A stretch of DNA of 64,000 nucleotides from an uncultured virus (IMG/VR IMGVR_UViG_3300043428_000060) (taxonomy: Duplodnaviria; Heunggongvirae; Uroviricota; Caudoviricetes): IMG/VR virus record IMGVR_UViG_3300043428_000060; one strand, written 5' to 3'. Shown here piece after piece: positions 54,890 to 63,955 of the stretch. The number at the start of each line of letters is the position of its first letter. The stretch's first letter is position 1. A program made the translations under genes and the position numbers. A model generated the notes under the pieces. It saw only the letters and a list, made by a program, of their open reading frames with translations. It ran no database searches and had not been told where the DNA came from.

Positions 54890-54901
54890 AACTTATTATA
54901 T

Positions 54902-55267
54902 TTATACTGTTGGCGGGATTGGTGTAGGTTCAGGTGTTGCCCAAGGAGAAGGAACAGGTTCATACATAGGATGAATCTTTGCTTCAATTTGTTTTGCAAT
55001 GCGTTCTTGCATGTGAGCAATATCTGCCGTAGCCTCTAACCAAGCAACTACTTCGTCTGGAGTTAAATCAGCAAATGGAATATAATTTTCGGTGTCTTCT
55101 GGTAATGGCATTGGTGTTGCACCTGCAAATGATCCTTCTATTCCATTTTCGTCTACACCTACATATTGGTATCTTACTCGGGTTACTACATCTGTTAAGC
55201 TACCTAATACTGGAGCTACTTCTAATTGCATCGTTTCGTTTGTTAAAAACGTATAAGTGATTGCCAT
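54902..55267 (-). CDS. tail fibre-associated/assembly protein
   Basis: YIPFADLTPDEVVAW motif; directly after the fibre gene. Confidence 0.6.
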   Translation of the reverse strand: MAITYTFLTNETMQLEVAPVLGSLTDVVTRVRYQYVGVDENGIEGSFAGATPMPLPEDTENYIPFADLTPDEVVAWLEATADIAHMQERIAKQIEAKIHPMYEPVPSPWATPEPTPIPPTV

Positions 55268-55268
55268 A

Positions 55269-58200
55269 TTATTTGTTTATTAATTTATTTACTAATTCTT
55301 TTAATTCTTCTATTTGTGATTGCTGTTCTTTTATTGCTTCAACTAATGCGGGCACTAATTTAGAGTAATTTACAGTTAAATAATTCTCCCCTGATTTAGA
55401 TATTTTTTTTCCATACTCATTATAATCAGTATCAAATGGAGCAAGAGATACAATTTCAGGGAATTCTTTTTGAACTTCTTGAGCAGAAAGACCTAATTGC
55501 AACTCATCATTATTATATCCATTAGTTTTAGCTATATTGTTATCTGTATAATAAAAACCATTCAAAGATAATATTTTAGACAATGCGTTTACAACATTCC
55601 CTTTTTTATCTTTTAATCTTTCATCTGAATAGTATGCTGTAACATCTCCTGTAACCGCTAAATTCACTGCTAAACCAGAAGCACTACTTATATTCATTAT
55701 TTGACCAGTACTACCCCACATATCTATCCAACCAGAATGCGGCCAGTTCATACTAAATGCAGATCCAGCACTATTATATCCAGATGTTTTTATTCCTCCT
55801 CTAGCATTTATTGATTGCCCAGTTGATGCTAAGTCAGCATAATAAGAAGTGTCATTTGAATCGTAAAATATAGGGGCTCTAAAATCAGCAGTCGCATATA
55901 CATTACCTGCGCTGGTAGATTTTAAAGCCCAGTTACCCGCATTATTTAAAAACCCTATTTCATTACTATCATTAGCATAAGCATATCCCCTTAAAGAGGT
56001 TACATGCCCACCAGTATAAAACCTAATGGCCGAAACATTTGTAGTACTTGATGCATCCCAATATCCGTTTGTATTAGAAGACCAGTGTTGAGTTGTAGTT
56101 TGGTTATATAAACCCTCATTTGAATCATTATTTCTGAACCAACCATTAGTATAATATTCTTGAGCAGTTATAGTATTTATATTGCTTGAAGAAGCTGGAT
56201 CAACATAATACCCGGTATTATTTGAGTCATAAAAAATAGGGGAACGCATATCTCCAGTTACACTTAAGCTTCCTCCTACTGTAAGATTAAGTTTATTAAC
56301 TCCATTAAGTTGAACTACAAAATCTGCTGCTGCAGCTCCGCCTGATCTAGTTGCTCCTAGTCTCCAAATATCTGAATACCATTTATAGTTAGTTCCTGAT
56401 ACTAAATCATTAGTCGTATATGAGCTAGGTAAATATGTACTTACCTCTCTACTTTCAGTTGCTGGAGCTATAAAATTATTTGCGGTTAAAACCCCCGTGT
56501 TTGGATTATACTTTAATGTACCTACTGTATAAAGAAATTCAGCAGCCGGGGAACCATTATTGGAATCTACAAAAGGAATATAAAAGTCCGCATTAGTTGT
56601 AACATAAGTAGTATTGACTGAAGCAGCATTACCTGTAATGTTAATGCCCCAATTACCTGATGCTCCTGTTCCATCTGCGAAAGCTAATGATTTGGTCCAG
56701 TTAATTAAATTACCATTACCTCCTCCAACTTTAACTCCAGCTGTTGAATAATCCATAGCTATGAATCCCTGCGTATCCGAACCGGCCCAAGCAAACATTG
56801 TTCCATAAGCATTTAATCCTGAAAGAGGCGCAGGAACATTATTCCATCTTGAAGTAGATATTTGATATCCATTTGTAGTAGAGCCAAATAATGTGGTTCT
56901 AAAATTACTTGTTGTAAGAGTATCTATAAGCGCCGGAGCTGATAGACTATCTCTTAATAATACTGTATTATTGGTTATGCTTGAAACTGTAACAGCATTT
57001 CCCGAAACACTAATTGGCCAAGTACCAGTAGGCGTTCCACCTAAAGTTAAAGATCCTGAAGTTGTAACGGTACCTGATAATGTTAATCCGCCGTAACCTC
57101 CTGTTCCTGAAACAGATGTTACAGTGCCTGTATTACTAGTTTTATTATTAAATGTATTCCAATCGGTACTTGATAAATAACCATTGCTTGCTATTCCGGC
57201 TTGAGTAATACTTATTGCTCCTGTTGCATTGTTATATGCAATAGGCGCAGTTCCACTTAACGACGCTAATGTAATATAATTAGAGCCATTAGTTAATTGA
57301 TTTGTATTAGTAGGTATTGTAATAACCCCTGTTGTACTATTATAAGCACCACTTCCTGCTGTAAATGAAAGCGCAGAACGAGCTCTACTATTTATATAAT
57401 ATAAATTCGTAGATCCTTCAGAAATATTATCGGTAGTTAAACTAACGGCACCTGTTTGACCATTAACGCTTACTACAGCATCGGTGTTATCTACTTGTTG
57501 CCAAGCAGTACCATCAAATATTACCCAGTCACCAACAAACCAATCTGTAATACCATCAAGATTTGTTGTACCTGCTACATTAACAATATAGTAATATCCT
57601 CTTGTTCCAACACCACTAGCTAATGCAGGAGTGTTTGTAGAAGCATTCCAAGTTCCTTGATAAATACTACTACCAATTAATCCATTGATTTGGTTTTGTA
57701 GTTTACCAAAAGCGGTAAGCATTGTATCAGTAGCCTGAACCGTGCCCCCTGTAATATTAACACCTGTTAATAGTTTACCAGTTACAGAAGCATTGTTTAA
57801 AGTTACCGCAGCGGCGCCAGGCCCTGAAGCAGTTGCTTCACCTGTTAAGCTTGTAATATAATTACCTGAAGCTTGTTTGTTATTAAAAGTAGTCCAATCG
57901 GTTGAACTTAAATATCCATTCTGACTTCCGCTTGCTTGTTGAATTGTTATGTTTGGAGTAGATCCTCCACTTGAAGCTAATGGGCTACTAGCTGTCACGC
58001 CACCTACTTTTGTATTAAATGTTGACCAATCAGTAGCGCTTAATGCGCCACGATTAGCAGCACTTGCTGTTGGCACATTCAATGTAATTACAGGAGTTGT
58101 TGTTCCTGTAGCAACGGTAGATGATAAGTCAGTTCCGGATGTTCCTAATGTTAACGCAGCTACACTTGTTACTGTACCAACACTCCATGTTCTATTTGCT

Positions 58201-58886
58201 GATAAATCTTGTGCAGTGCCATTGATAGTTATTGTTCTCGCATCCGTAACAGGAGTATATCCTAACCAACCTGGTATTGTTTTATTTACCCATAATGTGC
58301 CGTTATATCCAAGAACATCTCCATTTACAGGAGGAGTAGTTATAATGTCCACATCGTGTATTTCTTTTAATTCAAAACCGTTTTGTACAGTTACAAAGAT
58401 CTCGCCATTATTAGCATTTACCCTTGTAACTACTCCAATGTAAACTAAGTGAGCCGGAGCATAAGGTTTATTAGCTAATCCATAAATAAGATTACCATTA
58501 GTGCCTAACCATACTGGATCTCCAATTACAGCAGTTGATGTATTAAGCCCTGCTAATTTTCCTATTTGCACAACATCGGCAAAACCATTAACAGCAACTG
58601 TAGCGTTAAGTAATCCTAAAGTTTTTGAAGAGGTGGCTTCAGAAGTATTTGATGCTAATCCGACAATTATATTTGTCCCATCGGCACCAGTAACATAGAC
58701 AGCCTGCCCTTTATTTATAGCAACACCTGCTTTAACTTGGTTCTGAACGTCACTAGCAGTTGATGAGCCGGCATTAATCCAGCTTACTGTTGTACCGTTC
58801 GAAGATAGTATTTGTCCAGATGTACCATTAGCGCCTGAAGAATCCTTCAGACCGGCTTGGACCTCTATATCACTTTTAAATTTCAT
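55269..58886 (-). CDS. long tail fibre with C-terminal S74 intramolecular chaperone
   Basis: Gly/Thr/Ser-rich with internal repeats; AYYSDERLK...GLSAQEV...VNYSKLVPALVEAIKE. Confidence 0.9.
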   Translation of the reverse strand: MKFKSDIEVQAGLKDSSGANGTSGQILSSNGTTVSWINAGSSTASDVQNQVKAGVAINKGQAVYVTGADGTNIIVGLASNTSEATSSKTLGLLNATVAVNGFADVVQIGKLAGLNTSTAVIGDPVWLGTNGNLIYGLANKPYAPAHLVYIGVVTRVNANNGEIFVTVQNGFELKEIHDVDIITTPPVNGDVLGYNGTLWVNKTIPGWLGYTPVTDARTITINGTAQDLSANRTWSVGTVTSVAALTLGTSGTDLSSTVATGTTTPVITLNVPTASAANRGALSATDWSTFNTKVGGVTASSPLASSGGSTPNITIQQASGSQNGYLSSTDWTTFNNKQASGNYITSLTGEATASGPGAAAVTLNNASVTGKLLTGVNITGGTVQATDTMLTAFGKLQNQINGLIGSSIYQGTWNASTNTPALASGVGTRGYYYIVNVAGTTNLDGITDWFVGDWVIFDGTAWQQVDNTDAVVSVNGQTGAVSLTTDNISEGSTNLYYINSRARSALSFTAGSGAYNSTTGVITIPTNTNQLTNGSNYITLASLSGTAPIAYNNATGAISITQAGIASNGYLSSTDWNTFNNKTSNTGTVTSVSGTGGYGGLTLSGTVTTSGSLTLGGTPTGTWPISVSGNAVTVSSITNNTVLLRDSLSAPALIDTLTTSNFRTTLFGSTTNGYQISTSRWNNVPAPLSGLNAYGTMFAWAGSDTQGFIAMDYSTAGVKVGGGNGNLINWTKSLAFADGTGASGNWGINITGNAASVNTTYVTTNADFYIPFVDSNNGSPAAEFLYTVGTLKYNPNTGVLTANNFIAPATESREVSTYLPSSYTTNDLVSGTNYKWYSDIWRLGATRSGGAAAADFVVQLNGVNKLNLTVGGSLSVTGDMRSPIFYDSNNTGYYVDPASSSNINTITAQEYYTNGWFRNNDSNEGLYNQTTTQHWSSNTNGYWDASSTTNVSAIRFYTGGHVTSLRGYAYANDSNEIGFLNNAGNWALKSTSAGNVYATADFRAPIFYDSNDTSYYADLASTGQSINARGGIKTSGYNSAGSAFSMNWPHSGWIDMWGSTGQIMNISSASGLAVNLAVTGDVTAYYSDERLKDKKGNVVNALSKILSLNGFYYTDNNIAKTNGYNNDELQLGLSAQEVQKEFPEIVSLAPFDTDYNEYGKKISKSGENYLTVNYSKLVPALVEAIKEQQSQIEELKELVNKLINK

Positions 58887-58896
58887 ATATTATATT

Positions 58897-60183
58897 TTAT
58901 TTTTGTACCAATACTCTAATTGGATTAGTTGGCGTTGAAGCAAATGTTATAGTTACCGTATCGACAGTTGGTCTAGTTACATCTGCATATACTGTATCAA
59001 AAGTAACAGTATCATATAATTGAATCATTACATCTCTCGTATTTAAACTATGCGTAACAGTTCCTGATGCTGATATAGTAGCTGCGTAAGATGTAGTTAC
59101 CGGTGTGTATGACGATGCAATCGTTATTTCGTCTGTTGCCGCATCTGTTGTTATTGTAATTGAATTACCTGCGACTAAAGTAAGAGTATCGTTATTAGTA
59201 TCTGCAACTACAGTTGATTGCCCAGCTACAGCTATATTCTTAAATATATTTTGAGAAGAACCTAAGTCCGTATTTGTAACCGTTGCTGTACCATTAGAAT
59301 AAGCAACTCCAATACCAGTTCCAGCATTAACATTACCAATACCAACCTGAGTTAGACTCGCAAGGTCAATGTTATTTTGAACTGTTGTCCAATCTGCTAA
59401 TGTTGTTGGTGTATCTATTTCGGCAATTAAAACATCACCAATTCTAACCTGTTCAGTGAAGAAAGAACCATCGGCAGTTACAGTCCAAGTAAATCCTTTT
59501 TTAATTGTACCGGTTGGGGGGGAATCTAAGTTAGGTGTATTAGTTGCAGCGTTATATCCTCCTTGATATATTAAACCGCCAGCTACGGAAGCATCGACAT
59601 AAGCTTTACTTGCAGCATCAGTGCTTGCTACTGGTGTAGTAGGAATTGTAACTTGGCCACCAAAACTATTTTGCCCAGTTCCTGTTACAGTTAAAGAGTT
59701 AGCAATAACTACGTCGGCTTCTAGACTTATATCTATATCAGTTCCTACGCGAGATGTAATGATTTGATCTGTTGTACCATTAATTGATACAGTATCTCCA
59801 TTTACAATGCTCACTGTTGAACCATCCTGATCACTAAGAGCCCAAACATAAATGCCACTAATTGCCGACCAGGTATTGTCTCCTCTTAAATACTTTGTAT
59901 TATCAGGCGTACCTGTTGCATTTAGTGTAGCTTGTAGACTTATTATATTACTTCCCGCAGCACTTAAATTAGTTAAATTAATGAATGTGCTGTTGTTTAG
60001 GTTTAATTGTTTTAACCCTATCCATCCAGATCCATCATGGTATTTAAATGTATTTACATTCGTTGTGCTATCAAGATATATTTGCCCTTTAGCAGCCGTT
60101 GGTGCTGTAGACGCGACTTGAGCCTTTGCGTTTAGTAGCTGGTTATCGTTGAGGTTTACATTATTTAAAAATGGTATCGCCAT
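58897..60183 (-). CDS. tail fibre/structural protein
   Basis: Thr-rich, DAASKAYVD motif, YQGGYNAATNTP module shared with the long fibre. Confidence 0.75.
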   Translation of the reverse strand: MAIPFLNNVNLNDNQLLNAKAQVASTAPTAAKGQIYLDSTTNVNTFKYHDGSGWIGLKQLNLNNSTFINLTNLSAAGSNIISLQATLNATGTPDNTKYLRGDNTWSAISGIYVWALSDQDGSTVSIVNGDTVSINGTTDQIITSRVGTDIDISLEADVVIANSLTVTGTGQNSFGGQVTIPTTPVASTDAASKAYVDASVAGGLIYQGGYNAATNTPNLDSPPTGTIKKGFTWTVTADGSFFTEQVRIGDVLIAEIDTPTTLADWTTVQNNIDLASLTQVGIGNVNAGTGIGVAYSNGTATVTNTDLGSSQNIFKNIAVAGQSTVVADTNNDTLTLVAGNSITITTDAATDEITIASSYTPVTTSYAATISASGTVTHSLNTRDVMIQLYDTVTFDTVYADVTRPTVDTVTITFASTPTNPIRVLVQK

Positions 60184-60185
60184 GG

Positions 60186-60881
60186 TTAGTTTAGATATGC
60201 TTTTCCAGATTCATCTCCAGAAAATGTTATTGTTAAGTTATTTTCGTCTATATATACAACATCAGCAATTCCTACTTGCCCGGTAGATAATACCATTGTT
60301 ACTGATGGAAATTTATTGAGATCATGCTCTATTATCCATGGATTTGCAGGTGTATCTTGTGTGAATACAAATGTTTTATCACCAATTGGAAATGGATAGA
60401 ACATAGACATGTCATAGTAAGCGTCTTCTATTAATTCACCACTACCACCTATGTATTCCAGATTTAGTATATAGAACCCCGGCATTGTATCCGGAACGTA
60501 AGAAGTTATTTCGTAATGACCAAAGAAGCTTATTTCTTTTTGCTCAGAAATCATTATCTGAGAACCTATTATATAAGTAAGAAATTCTACGACATTTTGA
60601 TTACTTAAATCATTCATTGCTACTCTTAAAGATGTGACCGCACTGAATGGTGTTCCATCTCCTTCTAAGTCAATAAAAGATATAGTACCTTGTAAAGGAT
60701 TTGCTGTAACAAACTGAAATGACATTTGACCTGCTATAGAGATCTTGCCATGCCTATTAAGATAATCCGCAATGCTTTCCGCAGGGAAGTTTACCGTTTG
60801 TCTGTTTGAATATTTTGTACCAATAAATAAATCCTGATCTTCTACATTTTTATCTATTGGATAAGAATTACCTATTGCCAT
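60186..60881 (-). CDS. tail-associated structural protein
   Basis: C-terminal WIIEHDLNKFPSV...SGKAYLN domain. Confidence 0.65.
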   Translation of the reverse strand: MAIGNSYPIDKNVEDQDLFIGTKYSNRQTVNFPAESIADYLNRHGKISIAGQMSFQFVTANPLQGTISFIDLEGDGTPFSAVTSLRVAMNDLSNQNVVEFLTYIIGSQIMISEQKEISFFGHYEITSYVPDTMPGFYILNLEYIGGSGELIEDAYYDMSMFYPFPIGDKTFVFTQDTPANPWIIEHDLNKFPSVTMVLSTGQVGIADVVYIDENNLTITFSGDESGKAYLN

Positions 60882-60892
60882 CTATTATTGTT

Positions 60893-61198
60893 TTATACAA
60901 CCGTTATAGAGTACGAAACCCATGAGGTTGTGTTTGTTTTTTCGTATATTTTGAGTACAGATGAATTAGTACATTGTACTTTAAAACCAATCATTGCATT
61001 TGGGTATGCTAAATTTAAAGCTGCTGAGTTTAATGCTACAGATGTAGAATTAGCCACAGTTGTAGTAGCAACTAAATTAACGATGTCCCCGATGTTAAAT
61101 GAATTGGTGGTTGGTTCTTTGTTCTCTATAAACTTTGTACCAACTAAGGTATCTGTTATAGAAGGTACCGCTATTGGGTAACTTGATGTAATAGCCAT
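60893..61198 (-). CDS. structural protein
   Basis: N-terminus MAITSSYP resembles MAIGNSYP of the neighbouring gene. Confidence 0.65.
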   Translation of the reverse strand: MAITSSYPIAVPSITDTLVGTKFIENKEPTTNSFNIGDIVNLVATTTVANSTSVALNSAALNLAYPNAMIGFKVQCTNSSVLKIYEKTNTTSWVSYSITVV

Positions 61199-61211
61199 GT
61201 ATTATTATGTA

Positions 61212-61718
61212 TTAACAGTTCCACTTGTCTAATGCAAGCTTTTTCCTTGTTGGTTCTCCATTTGGTTTCTTCAAAGCGCCCGGCATACCAGACATTCTTG
61301 CACAAAAAGATTTACGTCTCTTTGCGTCTTTGCTGCCAGCTTTTAATTTAGATGGTTTAGTTGTAACCGCTGTCTGTAATTTACTGCCTGGATTCTCTCT
61401 TCTGTAGCTTGCTACTCCTTTTGCATTTAATCCTCCTTTAGGATCTTTACCTTCTTTACGTGTCCAAGCTGCAGTTTTTTTCAAAGGTGATCCTTCTCCA
61501 GCGCCGCAAGCACATTTATGTGATTTCATTTTTAAAGGCGAATTATCAATAACACCTCTACCAATTAAAACATCTTTCTGTGTAACTTTACCGTCACCGC
61601 TTAAGTCTTTTAGTTTCTTCATAGGGCTAAGGCTGTTATCTCCTGCTGAATTACCAATCCAAAATCCATTATGTGTTCTAGTCCCTAATCCTTGAGGACC
61701 TACTCCTTTTACTCCCAT
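61212..61718 (-). CDS. basic late protein with SP(L/M)K repeats
   Basis: DLSGDGKVTQKD EF-hand-like loop; AWTRKEGK..GGLN...RRKSFCARM domain. Confidence 0.75.
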   Translation of the reverse strand: MGVKGVGPQGLGTRTHNGFWIGNSAGDNSLSPMKKLKDLSGDGKVTQKDVLIGRGVIDNSPLKMKSHKCACGAGEGSPLKKTAAWTRKEGKDPKGGLNAKGVASYRRENPGSKLQTAVTTKPSKLKAGSKDAKRRKSFCARMSGMPGALKKPNGEPTRKKLALDKWNC

Positions 61719-61719
61719 A

Positions 61720-62043
61720 TTACTTTATTTTATAATGTTTACCGCTTTCTTTCTTAGTGCCTTCGCCTTCATTGCCACGGTTTTGTTTTACACTTTCCCA
61801 TCTACCATCTTCATGATCCCAATCTTTGCCGTTACCGCTGGGGTCTTTACGATGCATCCTTTGCGCATGAGCTTTCTTTATTCTTCGCTCATCAGTCTTA
61901 GCAAAAGCTAAATCCCTAGCAGCTTTTTTCTTAGCAGCCAAAGGCGACAACTTCTGTTTTAATAAAGGTGATTCCCCTACTCCTTCAGCATAGACATAGT
62001 TAGCCTGCTTCAAAGGTGATTGTGATTTCAACTTGAATGCCAT
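61720..62043 (-). CDS. basic protein with a minimal HNH-like motif
   Basis: GKDWDH...SVKQNRG. Confidence 0.55.
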   Translation of the reverse strand: MAFKLKSQSPLKQANYVYAEGVGESPLLKQKLSPLAAKKKAARDLAFAKTDERRIKKAHAQRMHRKDPSGNGKDWDHEDGRWESVKQNRGNEGEGTKKESGKHYKIK

Positions 62044-62044
62044 A

Positions 62045-62185
62045 TTATTTCTTTTTAGCTTTTATCTTCTTTGCTTCTGCAAGCATTGCTTTGGTCGGTT
62101 TTTTACCAGAACCTTTAGCATCTCGGATATTATCCCACAGTCCGCGTTTTGACACAGATCCGTCTTTTCTTTTAAGTAGTTCCAT
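62045..62185 (-). CDS. small basic protein, first gene of the late arm
   Basis: MELLKRKDGS..RGLWDNIR; ATG 62185 lies downstream of the class II motif. Confidence 0.7.
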   Translation of the reverse strand: MELLKRKDGSVSKRGLWDNIRDAKGSGKKPTKAMLAEAKKIKAKKK

Positions 62186-62195
62186 ACTACTGTTA

Positions 62196-62220
62196 ATTAC
62201 GTGCGTTGACAAAATCTTAC
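62196..62220 (-). promoter_or_regulatory. class II (late) phage promoter heading the structural arm
   Basis: GTAA-N15-CGTAAT on the minus strand. Confidence 0.78.
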
Positions 62221-62222
62221 AG

Positions 62223-62268
62223 TGCGACAATAGCCCCCTACTATATAATATAACACCCTAATGTCACA
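62223..62268 (+). promoter_or_regulatory. 46-bp dyad site (copy 2)
   Basis: TGCGACAATAGC-N22-CCTAATGTCACA with CTACTATATAA core. Confidence 0.72.
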
Positions 62269-62625
62269 CTATTCGGTTAAAAATTATAATCTAATGACGT
62301 ATACTTATTATAACAAATTGAAAAAAAATATTGTAAAAAATTTTTTAGGGGTAGGTAAATTTTGATAAATGAGATATAGAGAAATAAAATTTAAAAAAAC
62401 CGGGTCCCTCTGGATGAATTGAATGAGATATAGAGAATTTGAGAGTTATAGCACTATTTTGAACAGCATACCCGAAAAGGGAAATCAGTTTTCATTTACC
62501 GGGTCCCCCGATTCTGTACAGGTTTACGGCATAGGTTTCGCCTTTCGGCTGTGTGATTGTGTTACAGTTAGCAATTCTAGTTGAGCTATTGTAGCTGCTG
62601 CAGCGCAGCGCGTAGCGTATAGCAT
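62269..62625. other. non-coding divergence region; candidate origin, genome end or packaging region
   Basis: No ORF; repeats AATGAGATATAGAGAA (62368, 62422) and ACCGGGTCCC (62399, 62498); long A/T tracts. Confidence 0.55.
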
Positions 62626-62668
62626 TTACAGTACCGACACGGATCGGTTGTGATAATATATATGTAAC
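62626..62668 (+). promoter_or_regulatory. class I (early) phage promoter motif
   Basis: TTACA-N8-ACG-N10-GATAAT-N5-TGTAAC. Confidence 0.85.
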
Positions 62669-62686
62669 AAGATAACAATATAAGAT

Positions 62687-62887
62687 ATGATACGAGTGAA
62701 TGATTTACCAAGACAAGTTAGACTGGATCTGATAGAGGAAGCTAGATGGCAGAATGGTGCTGAGTATGTGAATGATTGTGTACGTGACAATGTGTTCATT
62801 GCAGAGATCTGTAACTGGGCTAGGACGCGTCAGGGCTTCGATTACTGGCAATGGATAGATAAGGGTCTGTTCGCGGTTATGAACTGA
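62687..62887 (+). CDS. hypothetical early protein, first gene of the early arm
   Basis: Behind a class I motif; W..T.QGFDYW motif. Confidence 0.75.
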   Translation: MIRVNDLPRQVRLDLIEEARWQNGAEYVNDCVRDNVFIAEICNWARTRQGFDYWQWIDKGLFAVMN

Positions 62888-62950
62888 TACGTGGAGCGTG
62901 GTAACACGCGAAGCGTATAGCAAATGTATAGCATTTGCGTATAGCATTCC

Positions 62951-62993
62951 TTACAAACCTAGCACGAATGGTATTTGATAATATATATGTAAC
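62951..62993 (+). promoter_or_regulatory. class I (early) phage promoter motif
   Basis: TTACA-N8-ACG-N10-GATAAT-N5-TGTAAC. Confidence 0.85.
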
Positions 62994-63018
62994 AACAAAT
63001 AAATAATACTAAATGTTC

Positions 63019-63061
63019 TTACAATCCTAATACGAAGTTAATTTGATAATATTAATGTAAA
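63019..63061 (+). promoter_or_regulatory. class I (early) phage promoter motif, tandem copy
   Basis: TTACA-N8-ACG-N10-GATAAT-N5-TGTAAA. Confidence 0.85.
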
Positions 63062-63090
63062 TAAGTAACAAACAAATAAAAACAAATATC

Positions 63091-63414
63091 ATGACAAACA
63101 AAGAATTATTACAACAAGCAATTTCTAAATTAACTAAAGAAGAATTACAAGCAATCTATCCACCAATCGAAAGAGCTAACTTTGTGGTAAGAAAATCATG
63201 GCTAGGTCGTAACCAAGTTATAACCTTTGTCAACAAGAAGAATCAAAGAGTAACTTACAACCACGACGAAGTACTTAATGTAATGCTACCTAAACTATCC
63301 ATAATGCCATGTTGGATCAAACGTGAATATTGGTCACAATCAACCGATATGCCCGCTAATGTAAGAAGTCTAGCGACTATTGAAAATCTTAATGTAGAAG
63401 AGGTTAGCGAATAG
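63091..63414 (+). CDS. hypothetical early protein
   Basis: ORF behind two tandem class I motifs. Confidence 0.8.
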   Translation: MTNKELLQQAISKLTKEELQAIYPPIERANFVVRKSWLGRNQVITFVNKKNQRVTYNHDEVLNVMLPKLSIMPCWIKREYWSQSTDMPANVRSLATIENLNVEEVSE

Positions 63415-63420
63415 CCTCTT

Positions 63421-63463
63421 TTACAAAACGAATACGAAGTGTAATTGATAATATTAATGTAAC
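63421..63463 (+). promoter_or_regulatory. class I (early) phage promoter motif
   Basis: TTACA-N8-ACG-N10-GATAAT-N5-TGTAAC. Confidence 0.85.
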
Positions 63464-63477
63464 TAAATAAAACTAAT

Positions 63478-63639
63478 ATGACTTACGAAATTAAATTTAA
63501 AAATTGTTTATCTAATCCAAACTCTTCTTATTACAAAAGATTCAACGGAATTCTAACTAAGTTAGTAACTGTTAAAACTGAAGAAGATCTTAAACTAATA
63601 CCTAACTACGATAAAATAATATCAATTAATAAACTATAA
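63478..63639 (+). CDS. small hypothetical early protein (53 aa)
   Basis: MTYEIKFKNCLSNPNS...; manual translation. Confidence 0.65.
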   Translation: MTYEIKFKNCLSNPNSSYYKRFNGILTKLVTVKTEEDLKLIPNYDKIISINKL

Positions 63640-63641
63640 TT

Positions 63642-63803
63642 ATGATGACTTACGAAAAACTACACGAATTAGCAAGAATGTTTATGTATCAATTCCCTGA
63701 TCTAGAAACATTATCATTAGATGAATTCCTAATGGAATACAGAGAAGAATTAACTGACGAACAATACGAATTAGGAACTTATATATTAACTTTATTTGAA
63801 TAA
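63642..63803 (+). CDS. small acidic early protein (53 aa)
   Basis: MMTYEKLHELARMF...; manual translation. Confidence 0.65.
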   Translation: MMTYEKLHELARMFMYQFPDLETLSLDEFLMEYREELTDEQYELGTYILTLFE

Positions 63804-63805
63804 CC

Positions 63806-63895
63806 ATGAGTGAACAACAAAAAGAATCGATCATTGAAGGATTATGCTTAGGATTAGTAATTGGCATCGTAATTGGATGGCTAATCTTCGGATAA
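63806..63895 (+). CDS. 29-aa single-TM peptide
   Basis: MSEQQKESIIEGLCLGLVIGIVIGWLIFG with GxxxG repeats. Confidence 0.55.
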   Translation: MSEQQKESIIEGLCLGLVIGIVIGWLIFG

Positions 63896-63909
63896 TTAAC
63901 TAAGAAAAG

Positions 63910-63955
63910 TGTGACAATAGCCTACTACTATATAACTTAATTAGCTAACGTCACC
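63910..63955 (+). promoter_or_regulatory. 46-bp dyad site (copy 3)
   Basis: TGTGACAATAGC-N22-GCTAACGTCACC. Confidence 0.75.

Noticed and set aside
54431..58886. Diversity-generating retroelement or invertible tail-fibre system
   Set aside because: No reverse transcriptase or invertase, and no template/variable repeat pair seen
22642..61407. Numerous + strand ORFs within the structural arm (e.g. 23416..23955, 33400..33873, 57949..58443)
   Set aside because: Antisense shadows of long minus-strand genes, without leaders or recognisable motifs
62045..62230. Longer ORF-track start at 62230
   Set aside because: It would overlap the class II promoter and dyad site; ATG 62185 fits better
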